Positions 29,110-40,205 of a stretch of DNA of 64,000 nucleotides are shown one piece after another. The notes below the pieces were generated by a model that saw nothing but the letters and a program-made list of their open reading frames with translations, had not been told where the DNA came from and made no database searches. Where the stretch lies: contig LSRY02000029.1 in the NCBI GenBank assembly GCA_001643675.2, positions 62,001-126,000 of the forward strand. Reading direction: 5' to 3'. The position numbers and the translations under genes are program-made. Each line of letters starts with the position of its first letter. Within the stretch, counting starts at the first letter, position 1. The stretch is from Monocercomonoides exilis PA203 (lineage: Eukaryota; Protista; Preaxostyla).

Positions 29110-31000
29110 CTTTTTTGATATTTCTTTCTGCTTCTTTACCTCTCTTCGTATTGCATCGTAATCTGTCGAATGCATTCATTCCGTTCAATCAGATGTACCG
29201 CCACACGAGACAAAAAATTGTCTCATTCGTATTTCTACGCCTTGGCAGTTTAATTGTTGAATGATAAATTTTTTCATTCTCAATTTTGATGATGAACAAA
29301 AGACAATTTTGACGAATTTACTTCACTCAAATCGCATTCGTCTTCAACGCCACCTTCGATGAGCAACAAAAATAATATTGATTCTTTCTTTTCATCAACT
29401 CCCCTCATATTCGGTGACATGCCTCATCTTTCATTTATGTTCATTATCGCAAAATGAATATTCACGCTTTCATAGAATTTTAGCCGCTGACACAGCAATA
29501 TAATTAAAAACTTTGAGCCAGAATACAGATAAGAAGGTGTTCAACAATAAAAGGAGGACGATTTCGTTTTTTTCATTTGGAAGTTGAAAGAGGCACAAAT
29601 TGAAAAGAAAAAGCATCAGAGCAATATTTTGATGAAATGGATGAGTTCCGAAATGGTATTCGGCAGATTGCACTATTCTATTAGCATTCAACATGTCGCA
29701 GAAGATGAGACGATGAAGGAAAGCGATTTCAAAGAAAGACATGATCAAAGAAATATTCTATGAAACAGCCAAATTTACAGCAGGTCTGTGATGATTAATC
29801 CACCAAAAGTGTTTTTGAGTCAATTTATTATTTTGTGTGTTTGTGCCATCTCCCCAACTTTCTTCGAATTTGCCTTCATCTGCACATAAATTCGCTATTT
29901 GTCTGCTCATTCAATAATATTTGCCAACTTTCTTCACCTTCTTCAGAAGCCCCGTCGCATTGCGTGTGCACTTGCAGGGCATCTTTGATAGCCAGCAATA
30001 CATTGCTTTGATACCAAGATGATCATTCACATATTCATTGTCAGTTGTATGCCCGTTGAGAAATATAAACAAATCGACATCCCAATCGCCAAATGCTTCT
30101 GTTCTATCATGTCCAACAACCGAGTTGTCTTTCTGAGTGATGTTTCCCATGAAGGCGAACAAGGGTTCCTTCACAGACGCGACAAGGGATTCACACACAA
30201 AATACACATCTCTTCCGACACAGGCCTTGTTGGCTGAAAACACGATATTGGTGATGGAAAAGGTTGTGGATGACACTTCTGAATCATCGTTGTACTCGAT
30301 CATGAGAGCGCCGCCTCTTCCTCCAGAACTTGTATCCTCGCTCACAGAGCAGGTGGAGAAGGTGGAATCACTCACAGAAAACGAGTTGGCGGGGGCAGAT
30401 GAGGTGAATAAGATGCGCCCACCATTGGTTGCAGTTTTTTGATTCAGCTGTGCTAAGATGATGATGTTTTTGGTGCAGTTGATAATGGAAAGGGAAGAAA
30501 GGAGAAAGATATTACGGTTATTGAGGATGAGAGAGCAATCAAAGATGTATGGAAAATGGAAACGAGACAGAGAGAATATTGCAAAAATTTCGATAAAGGA
30601 AGAATAATGAAAGTAAGAAGAGATATTTGTTGGATATTGGATTGAGAAGAGAAGAAAGTGCAATCAATATCAATAAAAGGTTTTGAAATAACAGAGTAAC
30701 GTGGTGAAATAATGAAGAAGAAAACGTTGGAGAGGGAAGTTTTCAATTTCAGTGGTATTTTCGAATTGAGGATTTTGATGAAGAAGAGCAGAAATGGGTG
30801 GAAGATGAGTGGCTGATGGAGAAGGAAGCAAGAAGAGCATTGAATAAGAAGAATAAAGATAGAAGAAAATAGGTAGAGTTAGTTGTTCTTAGCGTTTCCT
30901 GTTGATCATCAATTTCGTACAACTTTTGCTGAAACGGATGAGCCTCATAGCTGAAACGGAGATTTCAGCTGAACAGAAAGCGAAAGCAAATTGTTTTCAT
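29110..31000 (-). pseudogene. Decayed fragment of the modular surface-protein family (same family as 40206-54968)
   Basis: The 29911..30663 frame contains GGRGGALMI..F.ITNIVFSANKACVGRDVYFVC.SL..NSVVGHDR..DVDLFIFLNG..YCWLSKMPC, matching GKGGFL..FSSNNAFAGKDLFLSC.DL..NSLIGIDR..TDLFIFITG..FCGDTVPC in the big gene. Flanks are broken by stops and frameshifts; boundaries approximate. Confidence 0.75.
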
Positions 31001-31259
31001 TCTTAAAATGTTTTCGTTTAATTTATTTATTTTAATCTTTTTCATTCATTTTATAAATGTTTTCTATTAATATGCACTGTTTTGCATGCAAAACTATTGC
31101 TTTATCTTTTTTTTTCGTTTTTTTGAAATAACAAAAAAATCACAAATTCATTATTGTTGGAATTGAAGCATAATATAATTAAAAGGAATTTTTGGAACAA
31201 AAGAAAACTGAATTGGATTTCTTCTTCAATGATGTTCTTAAATTCCAGTTCTTGAATTA

Positions 31260-31302
31260 CCATCGGTGGAAAAAGCGGTCGTTGGTGGGAAAAGCGGTAG
31301 TT
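31260..31302 (+). repeat. Left terminal inverted repeat with an internal ~20-bp direct repeat
   Basis: ggtggaaaaagcggtcgtt followed by ggtgggaaaagcggtagtt. Confidence 0.95.
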
Positions 31303-31620
31303 CAAGTTGTTTGAAAAGAAGAATCTTATGGTAAAAAACATAAAAATTGGAAAGATATTGAACATTCACACCTGTGAAAGTTCAATGTGATGAATTTTTT
31401 ATTTATCGACTGGTTGCAAGACAGAAAAGTTCTCTGAACCTTCGCAATTTGAACAGTAGTTTGAACAAACTGCTGTTATCAAAAATACTTCATTGCATTG
31501 AATAATCAGAAGAAACAACTTGAAGATAATGTGATATATTCTGGAATAGCTGTTTGGAAACAAATTTTGATCTTTTTGAATGAAACTTTATCAAAAAAGT
31601 TTTTGATCGAATGTGTAATA

Positions 31621-32986
31621 ATGGACGCAACAAAAAAAAATCACTCCAAACCTTCTTCATCGTTTGGTGGTAACATCCGACTTCCGAAAATATTCATCTC
31701 CATCACGAAAGATCTTCGAAATAAAAAAGAAATACTCTCCATCATGGAAAGCTGCAGTAGGTTCCAATTTGATTTCAAACGGTGCATGGGAAAGAGGAAT
31801 AGCAGCAATGAAAGCAAATCGGGAAGTGGGGAAAATTGGTAGACCATCAATAATTACAAGTGAACAACTGGAAAGAGTTGAAAATCAAGTCATCACACTG
31901 CTGTCCGAACAAAAAATTATCAAAGTGAAGGACGTTCAATCGATGGTTTTACGAGTTGATCTTTTTGTTTTTTTGATAACGTTGTTTTTTTAGATCCAGG
32001 AAGTTTTAAATACAAGTTGTGAAAGTGACGAAGAAAGGAAAAAAGTTAATTCGAAATATGCCTTTGATCTCATAAAAAGAAGCTCAATATTAAAGGCATG
32101 CATTTCCAGGCCTATGGAAATTGCAAAAATCCGTGCGCAATCACCAGAAACAATTCGTGAATGGTTCCAAAAGTTGTCTTTTATTATTACAGCGAACAAC
32201 ATTGATTCGACAGACATCTACAACTTTGATGAATCCTCTGTTCGCATTGGAGATGGAACAGAAAAGCTTATTGTTTGCCTCAAAAACCAAACGCCGCCTT
32301 CTCCTCCGACATTACCAAAAACCGAAAATGCAACTTTATGTGTTTGCATTTGTGCCGACGGGTCTCATCTTCCACATATATTAATGTACCCACGAAAAAA
32401 GACACCACAAGAGTTTTCTTTTTTATCATCTTTAAATATATTATACATTGGTTCTTCATCGGGTTGGATAAATTCGGAAACATTTCGATTTATCATGATT
32501 CAGAAATGGATTCCGTTGATAGCGAATAAACTGAAAGTGTCAAAATCTAAGAAAGCTCTGTTATTATTAAACAATCACCGTTCTCATTTTGGTTCGGAGG
32601 TTATTTCGTTTGCTAATCATAACAATATCATCATCGAAACCTTTCCTCCGAATATGACACACATTTTACAGCCGTGTGACAATTGCGTGTTTTCTCGATT
32701 AAAACTTGTTCTTCAAAATTCATTTGTTAGACCTTCAAATTTTACGACTTCTTCTTTCCGAAAAGCTTTGGCAGATGTGTTGCCAGAAGCTTTGTCTGCT
32801 GCAACTTCTCCGTCTGTAATAAAATCTGCATTTTTAAACACTGGAGTTCATCCTGTTGCTGCTGCTCCTGTGTTATCCAAAGTTTGCGGAACAGCTTTGT
32901 CGTCAAAAAAATCATCTTCTTCATATTTATCCACAACAGATCTGAAGAAAAGCGTATTTGGAGATTTTTCTCCAAAAGAAAAATGA
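31621..32986 (+). pseudogene. pogo/Fot1-type transposase (GRP/HTH plus DDE_1-type domain), exons 31621-31945 and 31994-32986, apparently inactivated
   Basis: Motifs GRPSIITSEQ, IYNFDESS, CICADG..LP, SGWIN, LLLLNNHRSH, FPPNMTHILQPCD. A 48-bp GT..AG intron (31946-31993) joins the frames. There is one extra A in the A9 run at 31632-31640, and the second catalytic Asp is Asn. Confidence 0.88.
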
Positions 32987-33564
32987 CAATTAAAAGAAAA
33001 AAGTCCGTAAATACCTGCGATTGAGATTAAGAAAATGAAAATAACAAACGAAAAAGTAATTGCAAACGAAGAAAAAGGAGTGGAAGAAGAAGCAGAGCAA
33101 AACGAAAGCGAAGGATCGGAGATAATGAAGAAAAGAAAAATTTGACATCGAAAAAAAAAGAATTGATGATAATTATATTTACGGAAATGAAATCAGTTGC
33201 ATATATGAAAAGGAAGGAACATTAACTTTTGATCAGAAAACAAAGTTAAGAACAAGAAAAAAGAGAAAAATTGAAGATGAATCCGATTCAGATATTGAAA
33301 CCACAACAATTTGAATGGATCAATTTTTATTTTGAAGTTTATGTGAATGAAGATATTATTTTTTAGAACTGCGTTAGTCTTATTTTTCCAATTCATATAT
33401 CTTTTTTATATAAAAACAGGCTGTTGATGATAAAGTTTAATACCTTTTTTTCATTTATTTTTTCATATTTCTGTTCGACAAGCAATAATAATCAAAATTC
33501 AAAATGCTTCAGGCCATATCAAAAGAATAACAGGGAAGAAAAATAACATTATTTTAGTTCCTCC

Positions 33565-33607
33565 AACTACCGCTTTTCCCACCAACGACCGTTTTTTCCA
33601 CCGATGG
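33565..33607 (-). repeat. Right terminal inverted repeat
   Basis: aactaccgcttttcccaccaacgaccgttttttccaccgatgg followed by TA. Confidence 0.95.
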
Positions 33608-34024
33608 TATTTGATTATTTTTTAATTATAATTATATATTTTTATTTTTAAATTTTTATAAAGAACAACAACCCATCATCTTCATTGATGTTCGCATAAT
33701 TGATGGAATATTTTTCTGATTAATTTTTTTTAAAAAATATCTAATAAAAAATACTAGAGCGATTATTAGTTTCTTGTTATTGACGAAAAGTGCTGTTTAT
33801 TTACAAAAATAATTAAAAAAATTAGATTTCGAAAAAAAAAATTATTATTAAGAAAATAATAAAAAGAAATAAAATTTCTACTTTTTTAATAAATATTTAT
33901 TTAAGAAAATTAAAAGAATAAGTTTTAATAAAAAGAAAGAAAAGAAAAACATGATAATTAACAGAAATAAAAAGTATGAAAAAATAATTTCTGATGATTT
34001 GTCTGAGATGATAAAAACTGAAGA

Positions 34025-34229
34025 TTAATTCGAATCAATAGAATTAGGATTAGCAGCAGATTCAGGAAGTGAAGAAGAAGATGGAGAAGAAGAGGAAGAG
34101 GAAGAAGAGGAAGAGGAAGAAGAAGAAGAAGAAGAGCAATCAGCAGCATTAACTGTATCTTCCAATGGTTCGCTTTGATTTTGCAGAGGAATTGAAGACA
34201 CTGCAACTGAATTTAATGAAGAAGGAGAA

Positions 34230-34261
<32 letters not shown>

Positions 34262-36800
34262 GGCAGGTGATGTTTGCATAGCTCCATACATCTGCTGGGA
34301 TTGCTGAGGAAGAATTCCTTGTTGAATTCCTTGTTGAATTCCTTGTTGGATTTCTTGTTGAATTTCTTGCTGATTTCCTTGTTGTTGTTGTTGAATATCC
34401 GGTTGTAATTGTGGTATTTGCTGCTGTTGTTGTATTTGCTGTTGTTGAATATCTTCTGCTCTTTGCTGTGAATAACTTCCTTGTTGAATTCCTTGTTGAA
34501 TTTGCTGTTGTTGCAGATCTTGTTGTTGTTGTTGTAATGTCTGTTGTGAATGAACCATTCCCTGTTGTTGTTGCATTTGCTGCTGTGACTGCAAAACTTG
34601 CATCGCCTGCTGCTGCTGGCTCAACAGCTGCATAAATGCCAGCAGGTTCTGTGGAGGAAGAGGAGGTATCTGAAGCTGAGGTGGAAGTTGTGAAGGCAAT
34701 TGTGATTGAGAAGGCAATTGAGAAGGCAACTGAGAAGGCAATTGTGATTGTAACTGAGGTTGTATTTGAGGTTGTATTTGGGATTGATTTTGCAATTGAG
34801 AAGGCAATTGTGATTGAATCTGTGGTTGAATATGAGCTTGTGGTTGAATATTACTTTGTTGTTGTTGTTGACTTTGCTGATTAGCCACCGACATTTGAGA
34901 AGCAGGCAAAGTCTGTTGTAATTGCTGCATTTGCTGTGCTTGTGATTGAATTTGTGACTGAATTTGTGTTTGGAGCGAAAGAGCAGGTTGATTTTGAGGT
35001 ATGCCCTGAATGTACTGAGGGAGGAGAGGGAGAGGAAATGGATGGGGAAGAGAATGAGGAAGAGGTTGGGGAAGAGATTGCGGTTGAATTTGAGGTCGTT
35101 GTTGCTGTTGTTGTATAGAATTCTGTGGAATTGGTTGAATTGGCTGTAAAGTTTGATGCTGTATTGATTGTATTGATTGCATTCCTTGTTGAGTTTGCGG
35201 TATTTGCTGAGGTTGCAATTGAATATCCTGCTGTGGTTGCATTCCCTGTTGTTGCATTTGATGATGTTGCTGTTGAATCTGCTGCTGACTCAATTGCTGA
35301 CCTTGTTGAATTCCCTGTTGAATTCCCTGTTGAATTCCCTGCTGCTGTTGTTGAGATGGCATTCCTTGCTGTTGTTGTATTTGTTGTTGAGCTTGTTGTT
35401 GCATCTGCTGCATTTGAGCCTCCACAAACAGCTGCTGCTGCAAGTAAGAGAAGAGGAGCGGGTCAAGTGACACCATCAGCTGGCCAGAGGGCGTGGTGAT
35501 GAGGGAGGCTGGGGGAGGAAGAGGAAGAGGAGGAGGATACGAAGAAGAAGAAGAAGAAGAAGAAGAAGAGGAGGAGGAGGAAGAGGAAGAAGAAGAGGAA
35601 GAAGAAGAGGAAGAAGAAGGAAGTGAAGAAGAAGACATATTAGATGATAAAGATGGTAATGTTGATGATGTTGATGATGATGATGATGAAGGAGGAGGAG
35701 GAGGAGGAAGATGAGGTTGTGATGTTGACATTGGAAGAGGAAAACTTTGTGAATTTGAAGAAGAAATTGGAGAAGAAGAAGAAGAATGAAAAGAATGAGA
35801 GGAATAAGAAGAATGAGAAGAAGAAGAAGAAATTGGAGTTGAAGAAGGAGAAGGTGGATTTGAAACAAAAGAAGAAGTTGGAGAAGAAGAAGAAGAAGAA
35901 GAAGAAGAAGAAGAATTAGAAGGAGAAAGAGAAGAAGAAGAAGAAGAGGAAGAGGAAGGGGAAGAAGAAGAAGAAGACAATTGAGGATTATGAAGAGGAG
36001 AACAAAGAGGTTTGTTTAAGTTTTGAACCGAATTCAGAGAAGAATAAGAAGAAGTTGGAGAGGAATTCATTGAAGAAGAAGAAGAAGAGGAGGAGGAGGA
36101 AGAAGAAGAAGAGGAAGGAGAAAGAGAAGGAGAAGGAAATGAAGAGGAAGGAGAAGAAATGGAAGAGGAGGAGGAAGAAGGAAAAGAAGAAGAGGAGGAA
36201 GAAGAAGGGGTTGATTGAATAAGAGGATAATTAGCTTTCAATGGAAGATGAGGTGGATGAAAAGAGGAAGAGGAAGAAGAAGAAGAAGAAGAAGAAGAAG
36301 GAGAAGGAGAAGAAGAAGGAGAAGGAGAAGAAGAAAGAGAAGAAGAAGAAGTTAATATTCGATTGTTGCTAATGCTGTAATGAGGAGTGGAAGGAGTTGG
36401 AAGCAAAGAAGAAGAAGGATTTTGAGAAGAAGAAGAAAAAGAAGAAGAAAGAGAAGAAGGAGAGGAAGAGAAAGAAGAAGAAGAAGAAAGAGGAAGTTGA
36501 GATTTTTGAGGAGAAGGAAGAAGAGAAGAAGAAGAAGAAGAAGAAGAGAAGGAGGAGGAGGAAGAAGAAGATGCTGGAGAAGAAGAAAGAGAAGAAAGAG
36601 AAGAGGAAGAGGAGGAGGAGGAAGAAGAATTCACATTGAAGACTTGTTGAGTATTGTTTTGAGAAGACAATGAATTTGAAGTGTTATTTGAAGAAATCAA
36701 TTTTGTGGCTGGTTTTCTTTCGTTTTGAAGGCGAAAAACAGATTTTGGCTTTGGAATGGAAGAGAAAAGAGGAGGCTGATGAGGAAAGATGGAAGAAGAG

Positions 36801-36835
<35 letters not shown>

Positions 36836-39520
36836 TGATGATGAAATTGAAGAAGGAGAAGAAGAGGAAGAAGAAGGAGAGGAAGAAAAGGAGGAGGAGG
36901 AAGAAGAATTTGCTGAATATTGCATAGGTTGAGAGAGAAGAGGAGGTTGACGTTGAGGAAGAGAAGAAGAAGGAGAGGAGGAAGAGGAAGAGGAAGATGA
37001 AGAAGAAAATTGTTTATTATTAATTTTTGGTTGTTTAGAAGAAGAAGAAGAAGAAGAAGAAGAAGAAGAAGAAGACGTATTTTTTCTGGACAAATTTGAT
37101 AGCAAAGGGGTTGAATAGCTGGAAAATGAACTAGAAAACGCATTTTGACGTATATTTTTGCTTGTTTCTTGTTCAGAACGAGAAAAAGAGGAGGAGGAAG
37201 AAGAAAGAGAAGAAGAAGAGGAAGAGGAAGAAGAAGAAATAAGAGGAGAAGAATAAGAAAACGCGGAATCTGCCAATTGAGAAGGAATATATGTGTCTGC
37301 AACAATTCTATTTGATGATGATTTTTGTGAATTTTTTGAAGAAGAAGAAGAAGAAGAAGAATTTGAAGAAGAATACTTCAAAAAATCTTGTTTTCTCCCT
37401 TCTTTTCGCTGTTTATATATCCCTTGTTCATTTGCTCCTTCTTTTCCTCTTCCTTCTCTTCCTTCTCTTCCTCTTCCACTTTCTCCCCTTTCTCCCTTTT
37501 CCTCTCTTTCTCCTCCTCCTCTTCCTCCCCTTCCTCTTTCGCTTCTTCCTCTTCCTCCTCTTCCTCTTCCTCTTCCTCCTCTTCTCCCTCTTCCAAATCC
37601 TCCATTCAAAACTTCTATTTCAAAATATCTTTCTCCTACTTCTCCTCCTTCCTCCTCCTCCTCTTCTTCTTCCTCTTCTTCCTCTTCCTCTTCCTCTTCT
37701 TCCTCCTCCTCCTCATCATCTTCATATTCCATTTCTTCTTCATTCACTTCTTTATTCCTCTCCTTCGCATTGTAAGGCCTCCAAATCGCTTCCACAATTC
37801 CAGAACTTCTTCTGTTTACTTCTTCTCTTCTTCTTCCTCCTCTTCTTCTTTCAATTATGTTTTCATTCTCTTTTCCTTTCCCTCTTCTTCCTCCTCTTCC
37901 TCCCCTCCCTCTTCTTCCTTTCTTCTTCACAACTTCTTCTTCTTCCTCTTCCACTTCCTCTTCCTCCTCATCCTCATCCTCATCCTGATCTTCTCCTTCT
38001 CCTCCCTCCTTCTCCTTCCCTTTCTCCTTCTCTCTCTCTTCTTCCTTCCTCCTTCCCCTTCCCCTTCCTCTCCCCCTTCCCCTCCCTCTTCCCCTTCCCC
38101 TTCCTCTTCCTCGTCCTCTTCCTCTCCCTCTCCAATTATCAGCATCTGGCCCTTCAACCACAACTCCTAATTCTTCTCCTTCTCCTTCTCCTTCTCCTTC
38201 TCCTTCTCCTTCTCCTTCTCCTTCTCCTTCTCCTTCTCCTCCTCTTCTTTCTCTTCTGTTTTCTCCTTTTTTCCTTTCATTTGCTTCATTTTCATTGGCG
38301 GCGCTCACTTCATTCACATCGCTCCACATCCGATGCGGCTCAAACGGCCTTTCTTTGCGTTTCCCCCTTTCCAACACGCCTTTGGCTTTGGAAGACAAGG
38401 GAAAAGAAGAGGAATTTTGCGATTGAACGGAAGATTGAGGTCGATAGATTGAAGGGGAAGAGGAAGAGGAGGAGGAGGAAGAAGAAGAAGAAGTTGAAGA
38501 AGAAGAAGTTTGGGGTTGTGCTTTTAAATCTGATGTTGCACCACCACCACCAGCAGCAGCAACAGCAGCAGCATTAGAAGAAGAATAAGAGTTCTGTTTA
38601 ACATCACTTTTCAAAGGAGATGAAGGAGTCTTTGCTTCTTCTTTGTTCGATTTGGGCGCTTCAAACGTGTCACCTGTCACATCTGCCCATGAAATAGACT
38701 CTGGCAAATCTTCAAAACTGTCCCAGCTAATTTCTGCTTCTGCATTGTTTGCCTGCTCTTCTTTATCGTTTTTTTCTTCTTTTCGTTCTCGTCTCCAAAT
38801 TCCCTTCCACATCCGGCCATCTTTTCTTTTTTCTTTTTTCCGAATGTCTTTGCCTTTGAATTGATCATTGCACATTCCGCTTTGGTCAGCTAATTCAGTT
38901 GCTTCTTGCTTGTCAAAACGATCCTTTTCAGAAATTGTTTCTTTTTCTGTTTTGTCAAAGAACCGATGCTTCCCGCCTTCCTTTCCTAAAAATCAAATAT
39001 TCTTAATCCGTAGTACAAAATATGGAAAATGCAAACCTGGAACTTGGCTGCTCAACATTTGACCATGTGAGTCTATTGTATCAATTAAATGAGGCGAATG
39101 ATAAGACGTTTGCTTCAAAGGCACTTCTCTAGGAATAAATTTGGTATTTCCTTCTTTGTGAACATTGCGTTTGGAAAGGCGCTTATCACGAGTAAATGGC
39201 TAATAATGTTTGAAATGAAACAGTTTAGAGAAAAAAAAAGATGATCAAAAATATGTTTTGTTTCATAGATAAAAAACAAAAAATATCTCATTTAAGCAAC
39301 AATAATATATCCAAACTTCCTCTGAAGAGATGGCATCTGTTAGATCGTGTTCCCACTTTCCTTCATTGTGAAAATTAGTCCGTGAATTTGAAGACGATTT
39401 TGCTGAATGATTCCACGGAGAACCCTTTCGATAACTCTGGAAAGTATCAGTTAAATTAATTTCTATATTTTGCGTGGGAGTTTGTTGAATGTCATTGCTT
39501 TGAAAACGGTGAGGATGCAT
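34025..39520 (-). CDS. ~1775-aa disordered protein with an N-terminal KWEHDL (WxHD) motif, RG/RGG repeats, poly-Glu, poly-Ser and a Gln/Pro-rich prion-like C-terminus; putative RNA-binding protein; exons 39520-39317, 39199-39037, 38985-34025
   Basis: Two GTTTG..TAG introns join three open frames into the 34025..38875 ORF; composition read from the translation. Confidence 0.78.
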
Positions 39521-40205
39521 CAAAAGAATTTGTCAACTTTCAAAAATGATAAAAAGCGGTAATAACGATCAAAATTTTTTTTAGAATTGAAGAAGTTATT
39601 CATCATTAAGAATATATATATTTTTTATGAATACGGCTTCAAGTGCTAAAACAATTTTGAAACTTGCTTCACAAGACTTCACAAAAAAATCACAAAATAT
39701 AAAAAGCTTATAATAATTATATGTTTCTTTTAATTTAATTTTCTTATTTATATTTTCATAAAATATTTTGATATATTTGTAATATGATATAATAACATTC
39801 GATAAATATTATTTAATAAAAATTTAGTATTTTTATTTACATGAACAAACTTGCATTAATTATTTATAATTTTAGATAAATAACTCACTGAATTTTGTTC
39901 TTCAATCTATATTGAATCAAGTTGTTGTTTAACAATTCTTTATTACTTCAACAAGAGCTATTTGTGTTAATTGTATGCAAACTTTTCAACATTGAACAAA
40001 ATAATTATATTTTTTATAAAAAGCATCGATTCTTTATTTAAAGAAAAATAAAAAAATATTAAAATATTATCGGATATTAAAAAAAGAATGCTTTCAGTTT
40101 TTTTATTGTTCTTTTTTTCAAAAATTTTTCGAATGTAATTTCCTTTCCCTTTAAAAAAAGATTGATCTTTGGAATTTTTAGACTTTTCTTTTATTGAAAG
40201 GAACA

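Larger units (their letters stand above)
31260..33607 (+). mobile_element. Complete 2348-bp pogo/Fot1-like DNA transposon (Tc1/mariner-pogo superfamily) with 43-bp TIRs and TA target-site duplication
   Basis: TA at 31258-31259 and 33608-33609. TIR ccatcggtggaaaaagcggtcgttggtgggaaaagcggtagtt matches the reverse complement of 33565-33607 at 42/43 positions. Internal DDE transposase. Confidence 0.96.

Noticed and set aside
30901-31000. Short direct repeat gctgaaacgga x2 with a small hairpin, considered as a ribozyme or ncRNA
   Set aside because: It lacks an intact hammerhead core (CTGATGA..GAAA with three stems) and lies in decayed pseudogene sequence.
34300-35450. Alternative genetic code (TAA/TAG as Gln, as in some oxymonads and ciliates)
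   Set aside because: The poly-Q region uses only CAA/CAG across a long open frame, and TAA terminates most genes in the window.
39551-39560. aaaaagcggt matching part of the transposon TIR subrepeat
   Set aside because: Only 10 bp, A-rich, with no partner end or TSD; compatible with chance.
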